From the NCBI GenBank assembly GCA_963738405.1, contig CAVTWJ010000001.1, forward strand, positions 64,001 through 128,000: a stretch of 64,000 nucleotides of DNA. Reading direction: 5' to 3'. Made by a program: the position numbers and the translations under genes. Numbering within the stretch: the stretch's first letter is position 1; every line of letters begins with the position of its first letter. Of the stretch, positions 39,081 to 48,069 are shown piece after piece. The notes under the pieces are model-generated. The model worked only from the letters and a program-made list of their open reading frames with translations, ran no database searches and was not told where the DNA came from. The DNA is from a candidate division FCPU426 bacterium (GTDB taxonomy: Bacteria; Oederibacteriota; Muellerivitia; Muellerivitales; Muellerivitaceae).

Positions 39081-39545
39081 ATGGAAATCACTATTTCTTC
39101 CAAACTTTCCCCGGATGAAGTTCTCAAAAAGATAAAGATGAGGGTTGATCCCCGGGGGCTTTTTTTTGGTTCAATGTTTGGTTCCCTGCCTTTTGTGGGA
39201 AGTTTTAAAGGAAATCACTTCAAGATTCGCAAGAGAATCTTTTATAACAATTCCTTTAGTCCGATTTTTTACGGGGAAGTCGTTTCGAGTCCAAATGGTT
39301 CCGAAATAAAAGGTCGTTTTCATATTTATCTACCCGTCCGGATTTTCATGGGAATTTGGTTTGGCGTAATAGGATTTGGATCCATTTCGATGTGGTTGAA
39401 TAACTCAGGGCATGTAAAAAATATAAATGATGTATGGCCACCTTTCGCAATGGTTGCTTTGGGTTACGCTTTTATGAAATTCGGCCAGTGGCTCGGTAGA
39501 GGTCATTACGCCGCCATCCAAGAATACTTGCGGGCTTGCGTATAA
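39081..39545 (+). CDS. Hypothetical membrane protein
   Basis: AT-rich ORF; YNNSFSPIFYG then two TM segments. Confidence 0.6.
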   Translation: MEITISSKLSPDEVLKKIKMRVDPRGLFFGSMFGSLPFVGSFKGNHFKIRKRIFYNNSFSPIFYGEVVSSPNGSEIKGRFHIYLPVRIFMGIWFGVIGFGSISMWLNNSGHVKNINDVWPPFAMVALGYAFMKFGQWLGRGHYAAIQEYLRACV

Positions 39546-39700
39546 ATTTAAAAAAACTGTTGTCTTTTTGTCCGATTGAAATGTTAAACCTGCGGCCGGC
39601 CTCCAAAAAAATATTTCCGGTTCATTTTCCGTTTTTATTATTTTCTTCTCTGGTATTAACCTACCCCCATCAGTATCAAATTTTATGATGGAGGTGCCCC

Positions 39701-41878
39701 ATGGCATCAGCTGATACGCAGGTTGTTGTACCGCCGGATATCCGCATCATCCCCACCGCCGACTTGTTCGTCCCAGATTGGAACCCACGGAAAGTTATCA
39801 TCCCTTGGGACTTAGCCAACCTGGTGGCCTTTATGAAGGCGGGTGGTAAACCGCCCCGGATCACCGTTTGGAAAGGTCCTCGGGCCGAGGCCACAAGCCA
39901 AGGCCCAGGGTTGAGGGATGCCGGTTCCATAGGGGAACCGGCCAAATGGGCGATCATCGAGGGTCAAATGCGATTGCTGGCCGCTCAACAGGTGGGCTGG
40001 ACCCACATGGAAGCTGAGGTGGTGGATTGCACCCTGGCAGAGGCTAAGAAGCGGGCCTTCACTTCCAACAACCAGAACAAACCCTTCTGGCTTGATACAG
40101 TCCTAGCCATTGAGGCTCTCTATAAAGATCGGAAGGCCAATGGGGGTACCCAGGAGGGCTTGGGGGACGAATTGGGGGTATCCCAGGCCCGGATTAGTTA
40201 CGCACTCACTATTTCAGAGGCTCTTAACCCGGCTTTAAGGGAATTAATTTATAACAGTGTTATAAAATCTGAGGGCGATTGGCAGGTTAAGGAGCGCCCG
40301 GTCCTCCTTCTCACCGCTATAAAAGACCCCAAATCCTTTAATAAAGCCTTAAATGTGCTCATTGACCGCCATTTAACCATGGGTATGGTCGCCAAACTGG
40401 TCAAATGGGTTCAGGATGGCAATGACCCCGATGGGTTTGGCAAGGCCCCCGCCAAAGCAGATTCGAATGCCCCTCAAGTTGACCCTACGCCATCTGTGCC
40501 GCCCCCCCAAGCCCCGGCGGAGGCATCAACCCAAAATCCAAAAGGGGAGCCAGTTAGCCTCAAACAAGCCGGGGCGGAAGCCTTCCAAGAAGTGAAAACC
40601 CATGTCGCCCATACCCGGTCTCAGGTCAAATCGGGTTCCAAACCCACCCCTAGCCAAAGCCTCCAGCTGATCGGCCATGTCGCCCTGGCGATCGGCAAAT
40701 TCCTACTAAAGGCCCTGGTGTGGGCCTGGGACAAGTTTTGGAAGGCGGTCAAAAGCTCCGCACATGCGGTTTGGGGACTTCTAAAGCGGGTAATAGGCAA
40801 AACGGGGGAAACCCTTCTGCAACTGGGCCTGTTGGTCCTTCTTGGTTGGATGGCTTATAGCTACTTCACCCACCATAACTTTGGCCTGGGGTGGCTTAAA
40901 GATCACCTCTTTCCAAACAAACCCCAAAAGGTCGAACAGGCGAATAATCCGCCCCCCATACCGGTAGTCGAAAAACCAGCGGCGAAAGGGCCCGCGCCCC
41001 AAAGGCCAACAACCCACAAACCCACCCTCCAAACTAACTTGCCGCCCCAATCCTATCTCCCCAGCCATGCTTGGCAGGCATCGGACGAGACCATAGAAAC
41101 GCTGGAGGCTGAGATAGCCTCAATCCCCCGGCCTTCCACGATCAAGGATTATCCCGTCACGCCCGATGGCGCCATCAACCCCGACATGGCGGGGCGCCGA
41201 ACCGGTGATATCCAAAACCCCGATAAATATTCAATGAAGGTGGGGAAGGACACCCAAAAGATCCTCACCCTCATGCCCAACATGTCCAGCCTGGTCCTGA
41301 CCTATCAGGGGGACAACCCGCTCGGAGGCCTTTTGGGCGGGCCCAACAAGATGGAATTTTATTGGGAGGAGGTACGGGCCATCCATACCTGCCAAGTGGA
41401 TGTGATTGCCAACCCTCCCCATACCCTCTACCAATGCTCCCTCCTCGTTTCAGGGTTGAAGGTGCCCTTCACCCTCCAATGCGCGACCAAGGAAGATTTG
41501 GCGCACCTGGTTTCGGCGCTTGAATTTTGGATTCGAAACGCGCAAGGAGGGAAGAATGCGCCTGTGGGCGGGTTGCCCTACCTGCATCAAGGCGTGTTGT
41601 TAGGCGAAGGGGACCGGGTGGATGGGGAGTGGGAAGAAAGCCCGGTGATGAGTTCTGGTCTGATCTCGGGCGACCGCCTTTGGGGTGTGGACCAAATCAC
41701 CAGGACCCAGTCCGGCACGAAAGAACTGGAGGATCAACTGCAAAACTTAAATTCGGGAAGCCACATCCTTTTCGCCATCAATCCAAGCGAGTGGGACAAG
41801 TTGGCAGGAAGCTGGAACAAGCGAGGCGTGAAACCCTACAACCCGAAACTGGAGAAGCTCCAATTACTGGTTCAGTAA
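39701..41878 (+). CDS. ParB-like N-terminal domain + HTH + transmembrane segment + distal domains
   Basis: NPRK, IIEGQMRLLAA (GxxRxxA), HTH TQEGLGDELGVSQARISYAL, TM LLQLGLLVLLGWMAYSYF, Pro-rich linkers; GGAGG RBS. Confidence 0.75.
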   Translation: MASADTQVVVPPDIRIIPTADLFVPDWNPRKVIIPWDLANLVAFMKAGGKPPRITVWKGPRAEATSQGPGLRDAGSIGEPAKWAIIEGQMRLLAAQQVGWTHMEAEVVDCTLAEAKKRAFTSNNQNKPFWLDTVLAIEALYKDRKANGGTQEGLGDELGVSQARISYALTISEALNPALRELIYNSVIKSEGDWQVKERPVLLLTAIKDPKSFNKALNVLIDRHLTMGMVAKLVKWVQDGNDPDGFGKAPAKADSNAPQVDPTPSVPPPQAPAEASTQNPKGEPVSLKQAGAEAFQEVKTHVAHTRSQVKSGSKPTPSQSLQLIGHVALAIGKFLLKALVWAWDKFWKAVKSSAHAVWGLLKRVIGKTGETLLQLGLLVLLGWMAYSYFTHHNFGLGWLKDHLFPNKPQKVEQANNPPPIPVVEKPAAKGPAPQRPTTHKPTLQTNLPPQSYLPSHAWQASDETIETLEAEIASIPRPSTIKDYPVTPDGAINPDMAGRRTGDIQNPDKYSMKVGKDTQKILTLMPNMSSLVLTYQGDNPLGGLLGGPNKMEFYWEEVRAIHTCQVDVIANPPHTLYQCSLLVSGLKVPFTLQCATKEDLAHLVSALEFWIRNAQGGKNAPVGGLPYLHQGVLLGEGDRVDGEWEESPVMSSGLISGDRLWGVDQITRTQSGTKELEDQLQNLNSGSHILFAINPSEWDKLAGSWNKRGVKPYNPKLEKLQLLVQ

Positions 41879-41895
41879 TTGGAGTCCTCAAACCG

Positions 41896-41922
41896 TGTAC
41901 TTCGTTTTGTGAACGAAGTACA
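41896..41922. repeat. 11-bp perfect inverted repeat
   Basis: TGTACTTCGTT-TTGTG-AACGAAGTACA; no T tract follows. Confidence 0.7.
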
Positions 41923-41957
41923 GAGATGGGATTATCTGTGCCGTAGCCGTTGTTTCT

Positions 41958-42099
41958 TTGAGGTCGCAAATTGCGACCTCAAGTTGGTCTAAGGTCGCAA
42001 TTTGCGACCTTAAAAATCAGAATGATGAAAGGACCTGATAAACCCAAGAAACGGATCGGGTTTCTGGAGGAAAGCAAAGGTAGTTACCGGGTAAGATAA
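41958..42099 (+). pseudogene. Internally deleted ORF6N-domain gene remnant carrying two palindromes
   Basis: Fragments LRSQIATSSW, LRSQFATLK and C-terminal PDKPKKRIGFLEESKGSYRVR-stop, all typical of ORF6N proteins. Confidence 0.7.
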
Positions 42100-42142
42100 G
42101 GTTAAGTTGAGCAAAACACCTTAACTCTGGCGGGGAACATTC

Positions 42143-42619
42143 ATGTCGCAAAGCCTTCAAATATTCGCCCCGCCGGAATATACCCTGGCCAATTACTTTT
42201 TCCCTAAGCTGCAAGGCGCCCCTTGGAATTTGTCCCTGGTTAAAAATCAAATAACGGTTAGGGAAGAAATTGACCGTACCACAGCCGGGGTTTTGGAAGA
42301 TTATTTGAATAAGCCGAGCGTCTTTTTGAATTTTGAGGGTTTTGTCAATTTTCAGGATATGGCGGACAATAAAATTCACGACCTGCTATTTGAGCCCCCT
42401 TCCCCCGACAACAAATTATTTTCGCTGGATGAAAATTGGGGCACGACCGCCCATTTTCAATACGGTTTCAGCACCATGACTCGGCAAAGGTCGGTGCTGA
42501 CCCGCAAAGTGATCATCAAAATGTTCAACGACCCTAAAATTGTAGTGGCTACTGATTTAGATTGGGTGGGCACGGGGGCGGACTTTGTTGAGGGCTTGGG
42601 AAAGGGCCTTCAGTTCTAG
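42143..42619 (+). CDS. Hypothetical protein
   Basis: 158-aa ORF with GGGGA RBS; no family recognised. Confidence 0.55.
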   Translation: MSQSLQIFAPPEYTLANYFFPKLQGAPWNLSLVKNQITVREEIDRTTAGVLEDYLNKPSVFLNFEGFVNFQDMADNKIHDLLFEPPSPDNKLFSLDENWGTTAHFQYGFSTMTRQRSVLTRKVIIKMFNDPKIVVATDLDWVGTGADFVEGLGKGLQF

Positions 42620-42690
42620 TCTGCGTTCCGAGTATTTTTCACGGCGGTGGTTTTTGATGTTGTTAGAAAAACCAGAAAGGCAGGCAAACC

Positions 42691-43017
42691 ATGGAATGGT
42701 TAAATGATTTCGCTTATTTTTGGGGAGGCGCTTTTCTCACCAACGCGATTCCGCACTTTGTGAGCGGGCAAATGGGGCATCCCTTTCAAAGCCCCTTCGC
42801 GAAACCGCCCGGCCAAGGGCTTTCCTCATCTACCGTGAACGTCTTGTGGGGGTTTTTTAATATCGTGGTGGGTTACCTGCTTCTCGTTCATGTCGGCAAT
42901 TTTGATTTGCGCTCTATCCAACATGTATTTTCAGCGGGTTTAGGTGTGCTTTTGATGTCGCTGGTGAGCGCGCGCGGTTTTGGGCGCTTTAATGGCGGAA
43001 ACTCCCCGGAAAAATGA
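42691..43017 (+). CDS. Small membrane protein
   Basis: NAIPHFVSG..G.PFQSPFA.PPG.GLSS..VNVLWG; three TM segments. Confidence 0.7.
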   Translation: MEWLNDFAYFWGGAFLTNAIPHFVSGQMGHPFQSPFAKPPGQGLSSSTVNVLWGFFNIVVGYLLLVHVGNFDLRSIQHVFSAGLGVLLMSLVSARGFGRFNGGNSPEK

Positions 43018-43068
43018 TGGAGCCGGAAAAGGATTCACTTTACCTGCGGAGGGGGAAGGGGTAAATGA

Positions 43069-43341
43069 ATGGAAAAGTGGAGGGTTAGTCTTTCAACGCA
43101 AGCGGAAGACGAACTTGGAAAAATCTATGAAACAAACCCGGATTTAAGGGCGGATCTATTAGCCCGCCTTAAAATTTTGGAGAACTTTCCGCCTGAGAAA
43201 TGGTTCTTTGTTTATAAGCATCAGGGGTTAGACCTTTTTCGCGCCGAGACAGGGCAGATGATTCGTATTTCAGGTGAAGCCCATTTTGCCACCAAGACCG
43301 TTCAAATTACGCATGTGAAACTGATTCGTAAGCCTTCTTGA
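43069..43341 (+). CDS. RelE/ParE-like putative toxin
   Basis: WRVSLSTQAEDEL N-terminus, 90 aa, C-terminal beta strands, upstream of an antitoxin-like gene. Confidence 0.5.
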   Translation: MEKWRVSLSTQAEDELGKIYETNPDLRADLLARLKILENFPPEKWFFVYKHQGLDLFRAETGQMIRISGEAHFATKTVQITHVKLIRKPS

Positions 43342-43366
43342 CGGTGTAATACGCTGGTAATACAAT
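43338..43366 (+). promoter_or_regulatory. Sigma70 promoter with GTAATAC direct repeats
   Basis: TTGACG-17 nt-TACAAT; GTAATAC occurs twice within it. Confidence 0.7.
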
Positions 43367-43398
43367 TGCCTTAAGGTTTCATAACGGAGGAGGGTGTT

Positions 43399-43719
43399 AT
43401 GCAGGCGATCAACTTTAGGCCCAAAGTAGACCCGGACAAACTTCGACAAATCGCGAAAAAACAACACTATTCCGATTTATCCAGTTTCATCAACGAGGCG
43501 ATTGATGAAAAAATCCGGCAAATCCATGAAAGTCCCAAGGACCACAAACTGGTCAATTCGATCAAGAAGGCCGTATATGAGTATAACGGCTGGGCCTTTT
43601 CCAAGCCCCCTGCCAAGGAAGCGGCTGAGATTAAGCGGAGGGCGGAGGCTATGCGGTCTGGAAAGGCCAAATCCATCCCCTTGGGTGAAGTGATCAAAAA
43701 GTTGTCCGGGAAAAGATAA
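43399..43719 (+). CDS. RHH-type antitoxin-like protein
   Basis: INFRP...LRQIAK...LSSFINEAI (RHH); C-terminal RSGKAKSIPLGEV as in addiction-module antidotes. Confidence 0.6.
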   Translation: MQAINFRPKVDPDKLRQIAKKQHYSDLSSFINEAIDEKIRQIHESPKDHKLVNSIKKAVYEYNGWAFSKPPAKEAAEIKRRAEAMRSGKAKSIPLGEVIKKLSGKR

Positions 43720-43896
43720 CCCGAAAAAATCCAAGGGTCCGTCCCAAAGCGACATAGGGATCACCCTGTCGGGGGTGGGCTGGGGGCCTTCCGTGCTCGG
43801 CCCCATTCCTTCGGTTTACCCCTATATCTAGCGTTGATTTAGGCCCATACTCCCCAGGCTAAGCCAATTTCAAAATCATCTTCCGGGGAGTTCCAA

Positions 43897-45327
43897 GTGA
43901 AAAAATGGATAGGCCTATTACTTCTTTTTGCGTTCGCGGGTGGGAACGCCTATGGCGACAATTTTATCCCTGATGGCATTCCACATCCCTATGACATTGC
44001 GGTGGATGCTTCCGGTACCCTTTACGTCACCGATACCTATTCTTATCTCTTGAAAATTACCCCCGCGGGGGTTGTTACGAATCTGCTAGGCCTGTCTCCC
44101 CGTCCAAACATCGGGGGAATCGCGGCCGATAAATCCGGAAATGTTTATGTCACGGATGAAACCGCGAATGTGATCTGGAAAATCTCCCCCGAGGGTGTTT
44201 GGTCGATTTTTGCGGGTTCAAGCGGTGTTGCCGGATCAGCCAACGGAACTGGAACCGCGGCGACTTTCAGAGAACCCAAAGGAATCGCGATCGACGGATC
44301 CGGTAATTTTTATGTCGCGGATATGGGGAATGCATTGATCCGAAAAATCAGCCCAAAGGGCGTTGTGACGACCCTGGCGGGCGGGGGCAAGGGCACAGCC
44401 GCTAATGGAAAAGGAGCGGCCGCATCGTTCAATACCCTCACCGGGATTGGGGTTGATAAAACGGGAAATGTCTATGTCGCGGACTATGGCAGCAACATGA
44501 TCCGAAAAATTACCCCGGGGGGCGTCGTCACGACCTTGGCGGGGACCGAGGGGGTGAATGGGGCCGCTAACGGAACAGGAAAAACCGCGTCATTTAGTAG
44601 TATCAATGGGATTGCTGTGGATCCATCCGGAAACGTTTATGTCGCGGATAAGGGCAATGCCTTGGTGCGAAAAATCACTTCACGGGGTTTGGTAACGACC
44701 CTGGCAGGGGCTCTTGGAACGGTTAAGGGTCAAAATCTCGGCGGGTTTGCCGATGGCACGGGAACCTCCGCGTTGTTTCACACCCCCTATGGGGTCGCGG
44801 TCGATCCATCTGGAAGCGTTTATGTCGCAGACTTTTGGAACAATTCGATCCGGAAAATTAATCCCAAGGGCGTCGTGACGACCGTGGCTGGCTCCAGGCC
44901 TGGAGCGGCTGGCAATTCAACGGCTTCCGTCGGCACGGGGGTCGCGGTGACTTCGGCCGGAAATGGAACCACGCCAGCGAACTCTTCGGCTCCCGCCGGG
45001 CCCATCACCCTTGTCTGCACCCCCGCGACCGGAAAAGGTGATCCGGCCCAGATGATCTTGAATGAGGCGGCTGGCACAGCCGATTTTGGGAGCGATCCGG
45101 TCACCACCGCCACCTTCAATGAAACGACCGTTTGGTGGAAAGTGGTTTCGCAGGACCCGAATTACCAGATCGAATATCAAAAGTACTACACCCTTAGCCG
45201 CCTGACGGGAGTTTTAACTTTTTACACCAGCAGGGGGACGACCGACAACGCCGGGAATACCAAATGGGCCAAGGAACAGGGCCTTGTTTACAATTGCAAG
45301 GTGGGCGTCGAGAAGAGATTGTTCTAG
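43897..45327 (+). CDS. Secreted NHL-repeat beta-propeller protein
   Basis: Signal peptide; six GIAVD.SGN.YVAD..N..IRKI.P.GVVTTLAG-type repeats. Confidence 0.88.
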   Translation: MKKWIGLLLLFAFAGGNAYGDNFIPDGIPHPYDIAVDASGTLYVTDTYSYLLKITPAGVVTNLLGLSPRPNIGGIAADKSGNVYVTDETANVIWKISPEGVWSIFAGSSGVAGSANGTGTAATFREPKGIAIDGSGNFYVADMGNALIRKISPKGVVTTLAGGGKGTAANGKGAAASFNTLTGIGVDKTGNVYVADYGSNMIRKITPGGVVTTLAGTEGVNGAANGTGKTASFSSINGIAVDPSGNVYVADKGNALVRKITSRGLVTTLAGALGTVKGQNLGGFADGTGTSALFHTPYGVAVDPSGSVYVADFWNNSIRKINPKGVVTTVAGSRPGAAGNSTASVGTGVAVTSAGNGTTPANSSAPAGPITLVCTPATGKGDPAQMILNEAAGTADFGSDPVTTATFNETTVWWKVVSQDPNYQIEYQKYYTLSRLTGVLTFYTSRGTTDNAGNTKWAKEQGLVYNCKVGVEKRLF

Positions 45328-45411
45328 GCGGGGTCCAATCCTCTTCACGGTGGATACCGCAAATGAATTTACCGAGTAAGGTAGGCTCGAATTGACAGTA
45401 ATGGTCAATTT

Positions 45412-45460
45412 GTCATTGCGAGGCCCAGTCCCAATCGGGGCGATTTGGGTCGTGGCAATT
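45412..45460 (+). repeat. REP-like palindromic element
   Basis: GTCATTGCGAGG...GTCGTGGCAATT with internal hairpin. Confidence 0.5.
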
Positions 45461-45485
45461 TTCCCATTTGTTTTGGAGGTGCGGA

Positions 45486-46226
45486 GTGACTTTTAAAACC
45501 CTCTTGATAGGGTCTGCCTTAGTTTGGATGACCATGTTGGTGGGCGGTTGCGGTTCGCTTCTGTTATTGAAAAGCACCTGGGCGGACCAGGGCCTTGCCA
45601 GGGGAGCCGATGTGCAGGATTGGCCGGGGGGCGTCACAGCGGTCGGGGACGCGGTTTCCTTAGGGATTTCCAATAACGACGATTTTCTTTTTCTCGCCCT
45701 GGTGGTGAAGGATTTTATAAACACAAACGATAACCCCCCTTACGCCCACTCCCTTGCCGCGAATGGAATGACCGTCTGGGTGGATTCCCAAGGGGGAGAC
45801 CGCAAGGCTCTCAGCATTCATTTTCGCGGTATGGAAGAAGCTGATCCCGGAAGCCAGGACAAGGGCGCGACAGGCAATTCAGCCGACATTTCGGATCAGG
45901 TTATGTCGTCGGATTTGGCGGAGAACGGATTGACCCTCACGGATGAGAAGGGGAAATCCATAAAAACGACCGGTGCGGCATTACAGGCCTATGGTTTCGA
46001 GGCTAGGACATCCTATTCGGGCAGGAGATTCATTTACATCATGAAACTGCCTCTCCATCCCAAGGAAAACTCGCCCTTCCCGCCCGAGTGGGCGAACAGC
46101 AGGGCATGGGGTTTTGGTTTTGAGGGCAAGGACTTTAATGAACATTTGTCGGGCAGCAGCGGCGGGTCCGGCAGTATCTCGGATCATTTTAATCTCTGGG
46201 TCAGCGTGCATTTGGCGTCGAAATAA
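45486..46226 (+). CDS. Putative lipoprotein
   Basis: GTG after GGAGGT; hydrophobic stretch ending VGGC. Confidence 0.6.
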   Translation: MTFKTLLIGSALVWMTMLVGGCGSLLLLKSTWADQGLARGADVQDWPGGVTAVGDAVSLGISNNDDFLFLALVVKDFINTNDNPPYAHSLAANGMTVWVDSQGGDRKALSIHFRGMEEADPGSQDKGATGNSADISDQVMSSDLAENGLTLTDEKGKSIKTTGAALQAYGFEARTSYSGRRFIYIMKLPLHPKENSPFPPEWANSRAWGFGFEGKDFNEHLSGSSGGSGSISDHFNLWVSVHLASK

Positions 46227-46309
46227 CCGGTCGTCCGCAATATTTTGGTTTCGGGGTCAGGCCACACTTTAAGACCCGCCCGTTATCAGTCGAAACCTAA
46301 CCCATTAAA

Positions 46310-46359
46310 TTGACAGAATGAGCAATTGGGATTAATGTAATTACGAAGTAATTACATTA
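46310..46359 (+). promoter_or_regulatory. Second mazEF promoter with perfect operator palindrome
   Basis: TTGACA-17 nt-TAATGT; TAATGTAATTAC-GAA-GTAATTACATTA at 46333-46359. Confidence 0.8.
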
Positions 46360-46386
46360 CGAAACCTGGTTTTGAAGGAGAGGGAA

Positions 46387-46638
46387 ATGCGGGCCCAAAT
46401 TATTCAAATCGGCAATTCCCGGGGCGTACGGATTCCTAAGGCTTTGCTGGAGCAGTGCCAGTTGGAGGATGAAGTGGAGTTGGAGGCCCAACCCGGACAG
46501 TTGGTGGTGCGGCCCTTAGGCGGCCCCCGCCATGGGTGGGCCGTGGCCTTCGAGAAAATGGCCCAGTACGGCGATGACGCGCTTCTGGATGAGGGCGGCC
46601 CGGCGACACAGTGGTCCCGTAAAGAATGGAAATGGTAA
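46387..46638 (+). CDS. mazE: AbrB/MazE-family antitoxin
   Basis: IIQIGNSRGVRIPKALL...PR.GW..AF..M. Confidence 0.9.
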   Translation: MRAQIIQIGNSRGVRIPKALLEQCQLEDEVELEAQPGQLVVRPLGGPRHGWAVAFEKMAQYGDDALLDEGGPATQWSRKEWKW

Positions 46639-46955
46639 TTTCGCGTTTTGAGGTCCATCTCGTCCGCTTGGACCCGACGGAAGGCAGTGAGATCAGAAAA
46701 ACCAGGCCCTGTCTGGTCGTCTCACCGGACGAAATGAACCGATACATCCGCACCGTCATTGTGGCCCCGATGACCACGCAGGGAAGGGATTACCCCACCC
46801 GGGTTCCCGTCGAATTCCAGGGAAAACAGGGGCAGGTGGTACTGGACCAGATCCGCACGGTGGATAAAACCAGGCTGGTGAAAAAGCTTGGCAAGCTGAG
46901 TGGCGCGGCTTCCGAAAAAGTGCTCAGGCTATTGGCTGAAATGTTCGCGCCATAA
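46626..46955 (+). CDS. mazF: PemK/MazF toxin
   Basis: LDPTEGSEIRKTRPCLVVSP, VAPMTT, LDQIRTVDKTRL. Confidence 0.93.
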   Translation: MEMVISRFEVHLVRLDPTEGSEIRKTRPCLVVSPDEMNRYIRTVIVAPMTTQGRDYPTRVPVEFQGKQGQVVLDQIRTVDKTRLVKKLGKLSGAASEKVLRLLAEMFAP

Positions 46956-47008
46956 AGTCCCTAACGTGACCCATTCGGGCTTGCCCCAATTGCAATAAGA
47001 CCTGCCCC

Positions 47009-48013
47009 TTATAAGTCGAAACCCAACCCGGCCTGGAAGGGAAGATAGGTAGAGGTTGTTCCGCCGTTCAGGTCGTAGAGCAGGTCAACCTTCATCTCCA
47101 ACAATAGATTCAGCGCCTGGGCGATAGGAATCTTCAACCCCACCCCGGCTTCTCCCACTGCGCAGGTTTGGGTGTTATCGGGAAGGCTGTGGGACGCGAC
47201 GGTATTGCCCGAGACGGTTTCGCTGTCCATTCCCGTATTAGAAACAAAGGCGACCCCCAAGCCCGCCAAAAGATAGGGCCCCAGTTCCGAACCATAGGCT
47301 GTCAGTTTCGCCGAACCCAGAACCTGCAAACGGGTGTTGGTCTGGGACAGGACATCCTGGCCCGGCGATGTGGAGGGGGAGCTTGGCGGCACCGAAGTAT
47401 AGGTGTTATCCGTAACGACCTGGGAGTTCAGGGCGTAAAAGCCCAAGGAACCGCCCAACGCTAAGTCGGGTGACACCGAGCCATAACAAGCGACAGAGCC
47501 ACCCCAGCCCAGGCCTTGCCCCCCATCCAAACCTTCCTGGCCACCCAAGGCGACATCCAACTCCACATTTGAATGGGAAGAGGTTTTGGCGACGGGCGTG
47601 GGGGTGGGGGTGCTTTCGGGAGTGGCGTTGGAGGGCACCGGGAGATCAATTCCTGGATTATCAAATCCAGAGCCATCGGCTTGGGGTGTCGGGCTAGGTG
47701 CCCCAATTCCTTTTTCGGGAATTGGGACAACCAAAGTAGAGCCCTCGCCTTGTGGGCTCGGGACCCCCATCCCTGTATTTTGGATGGGGGCAATCAAACC
47801 GTTGCCCTCCACTTGAGGTGTCGGGCGAGATGTAGGGGCCTGCGAAGCGGGAAACGTAGTCCAGACATGGCCGATCTCAGGCACAGGTGTGAGGGGATGG
47901 GGCATGGCGGGAAGTGCCAAGTCGGAAGCCGAGGCGCCTGAGTCCGTTTGGGCGAACAGGGCACAGGGAACGGCGGTGTATATAAGAGGGATAAGCCAGA
48001 GGAGCTTTTTCAT
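47009..48013 (-). CDS. Outer-membrane beta-barrel protein with Pro-rich N-terminal extension
   Basis: Signal peptide; PYLLAGLG, AGVGL.IP; C-terminal QAGLGFDL. Confidence 0.65.
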   Translation of the reverse strand: MKKLLWLIPLIYTAVPCALFAQTDSGASASDLALPAMPHPLTPVPEIGHVWTTFPASQAPTSRPTPQVEGNGLIAPIQNTGMGVPSPQGEGSTLVVPIPEKGIGAPSPTPQADGSGFDNPGIDLPVPSNATPESTPTPTPVAKTSSHSNVELDVALGGQEGLDGGQGLGWGGSVACYGSVSPDLALGGSLGFYALNSQVVTDNTYTSVPPSSPSTSPGQDVLSQTNTRLQVLGSAKLTAYGSELGPYLLAGLGVAFVSNTGMDSETVSGNTVASHSLPDNTQTCAVGEAGVGLKIPIAQALNLLLEMKVDLLYDLNGGTTSTYLPFQAGLGFDL

Positions 48014-48020
48014 AGGCGCA

Positions 48021-48063
48021 CAGTATATGGGCGGGGAAGCGGCTGGGCGAGTTTTTGGATATC
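48021..48063 (-). repeat. 43-bp direct repeat copy 1 (promoter-like)
   Basis: Matches 48803-48845 with 4 mismatches; contains TATACT on the minus strand. Confidence 0.8.
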
Positions 48064-48069
48064 TGGCCT

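Noticed and set aside
39701..42619. Prophage or plasmid partition locus
   Set aside because: No parA, replication, integrase or virion genes nearby
44000..44900. Roughly 165-bp periodic repeats
   Set aside because: Coding NHL repeats of a beta-propeller
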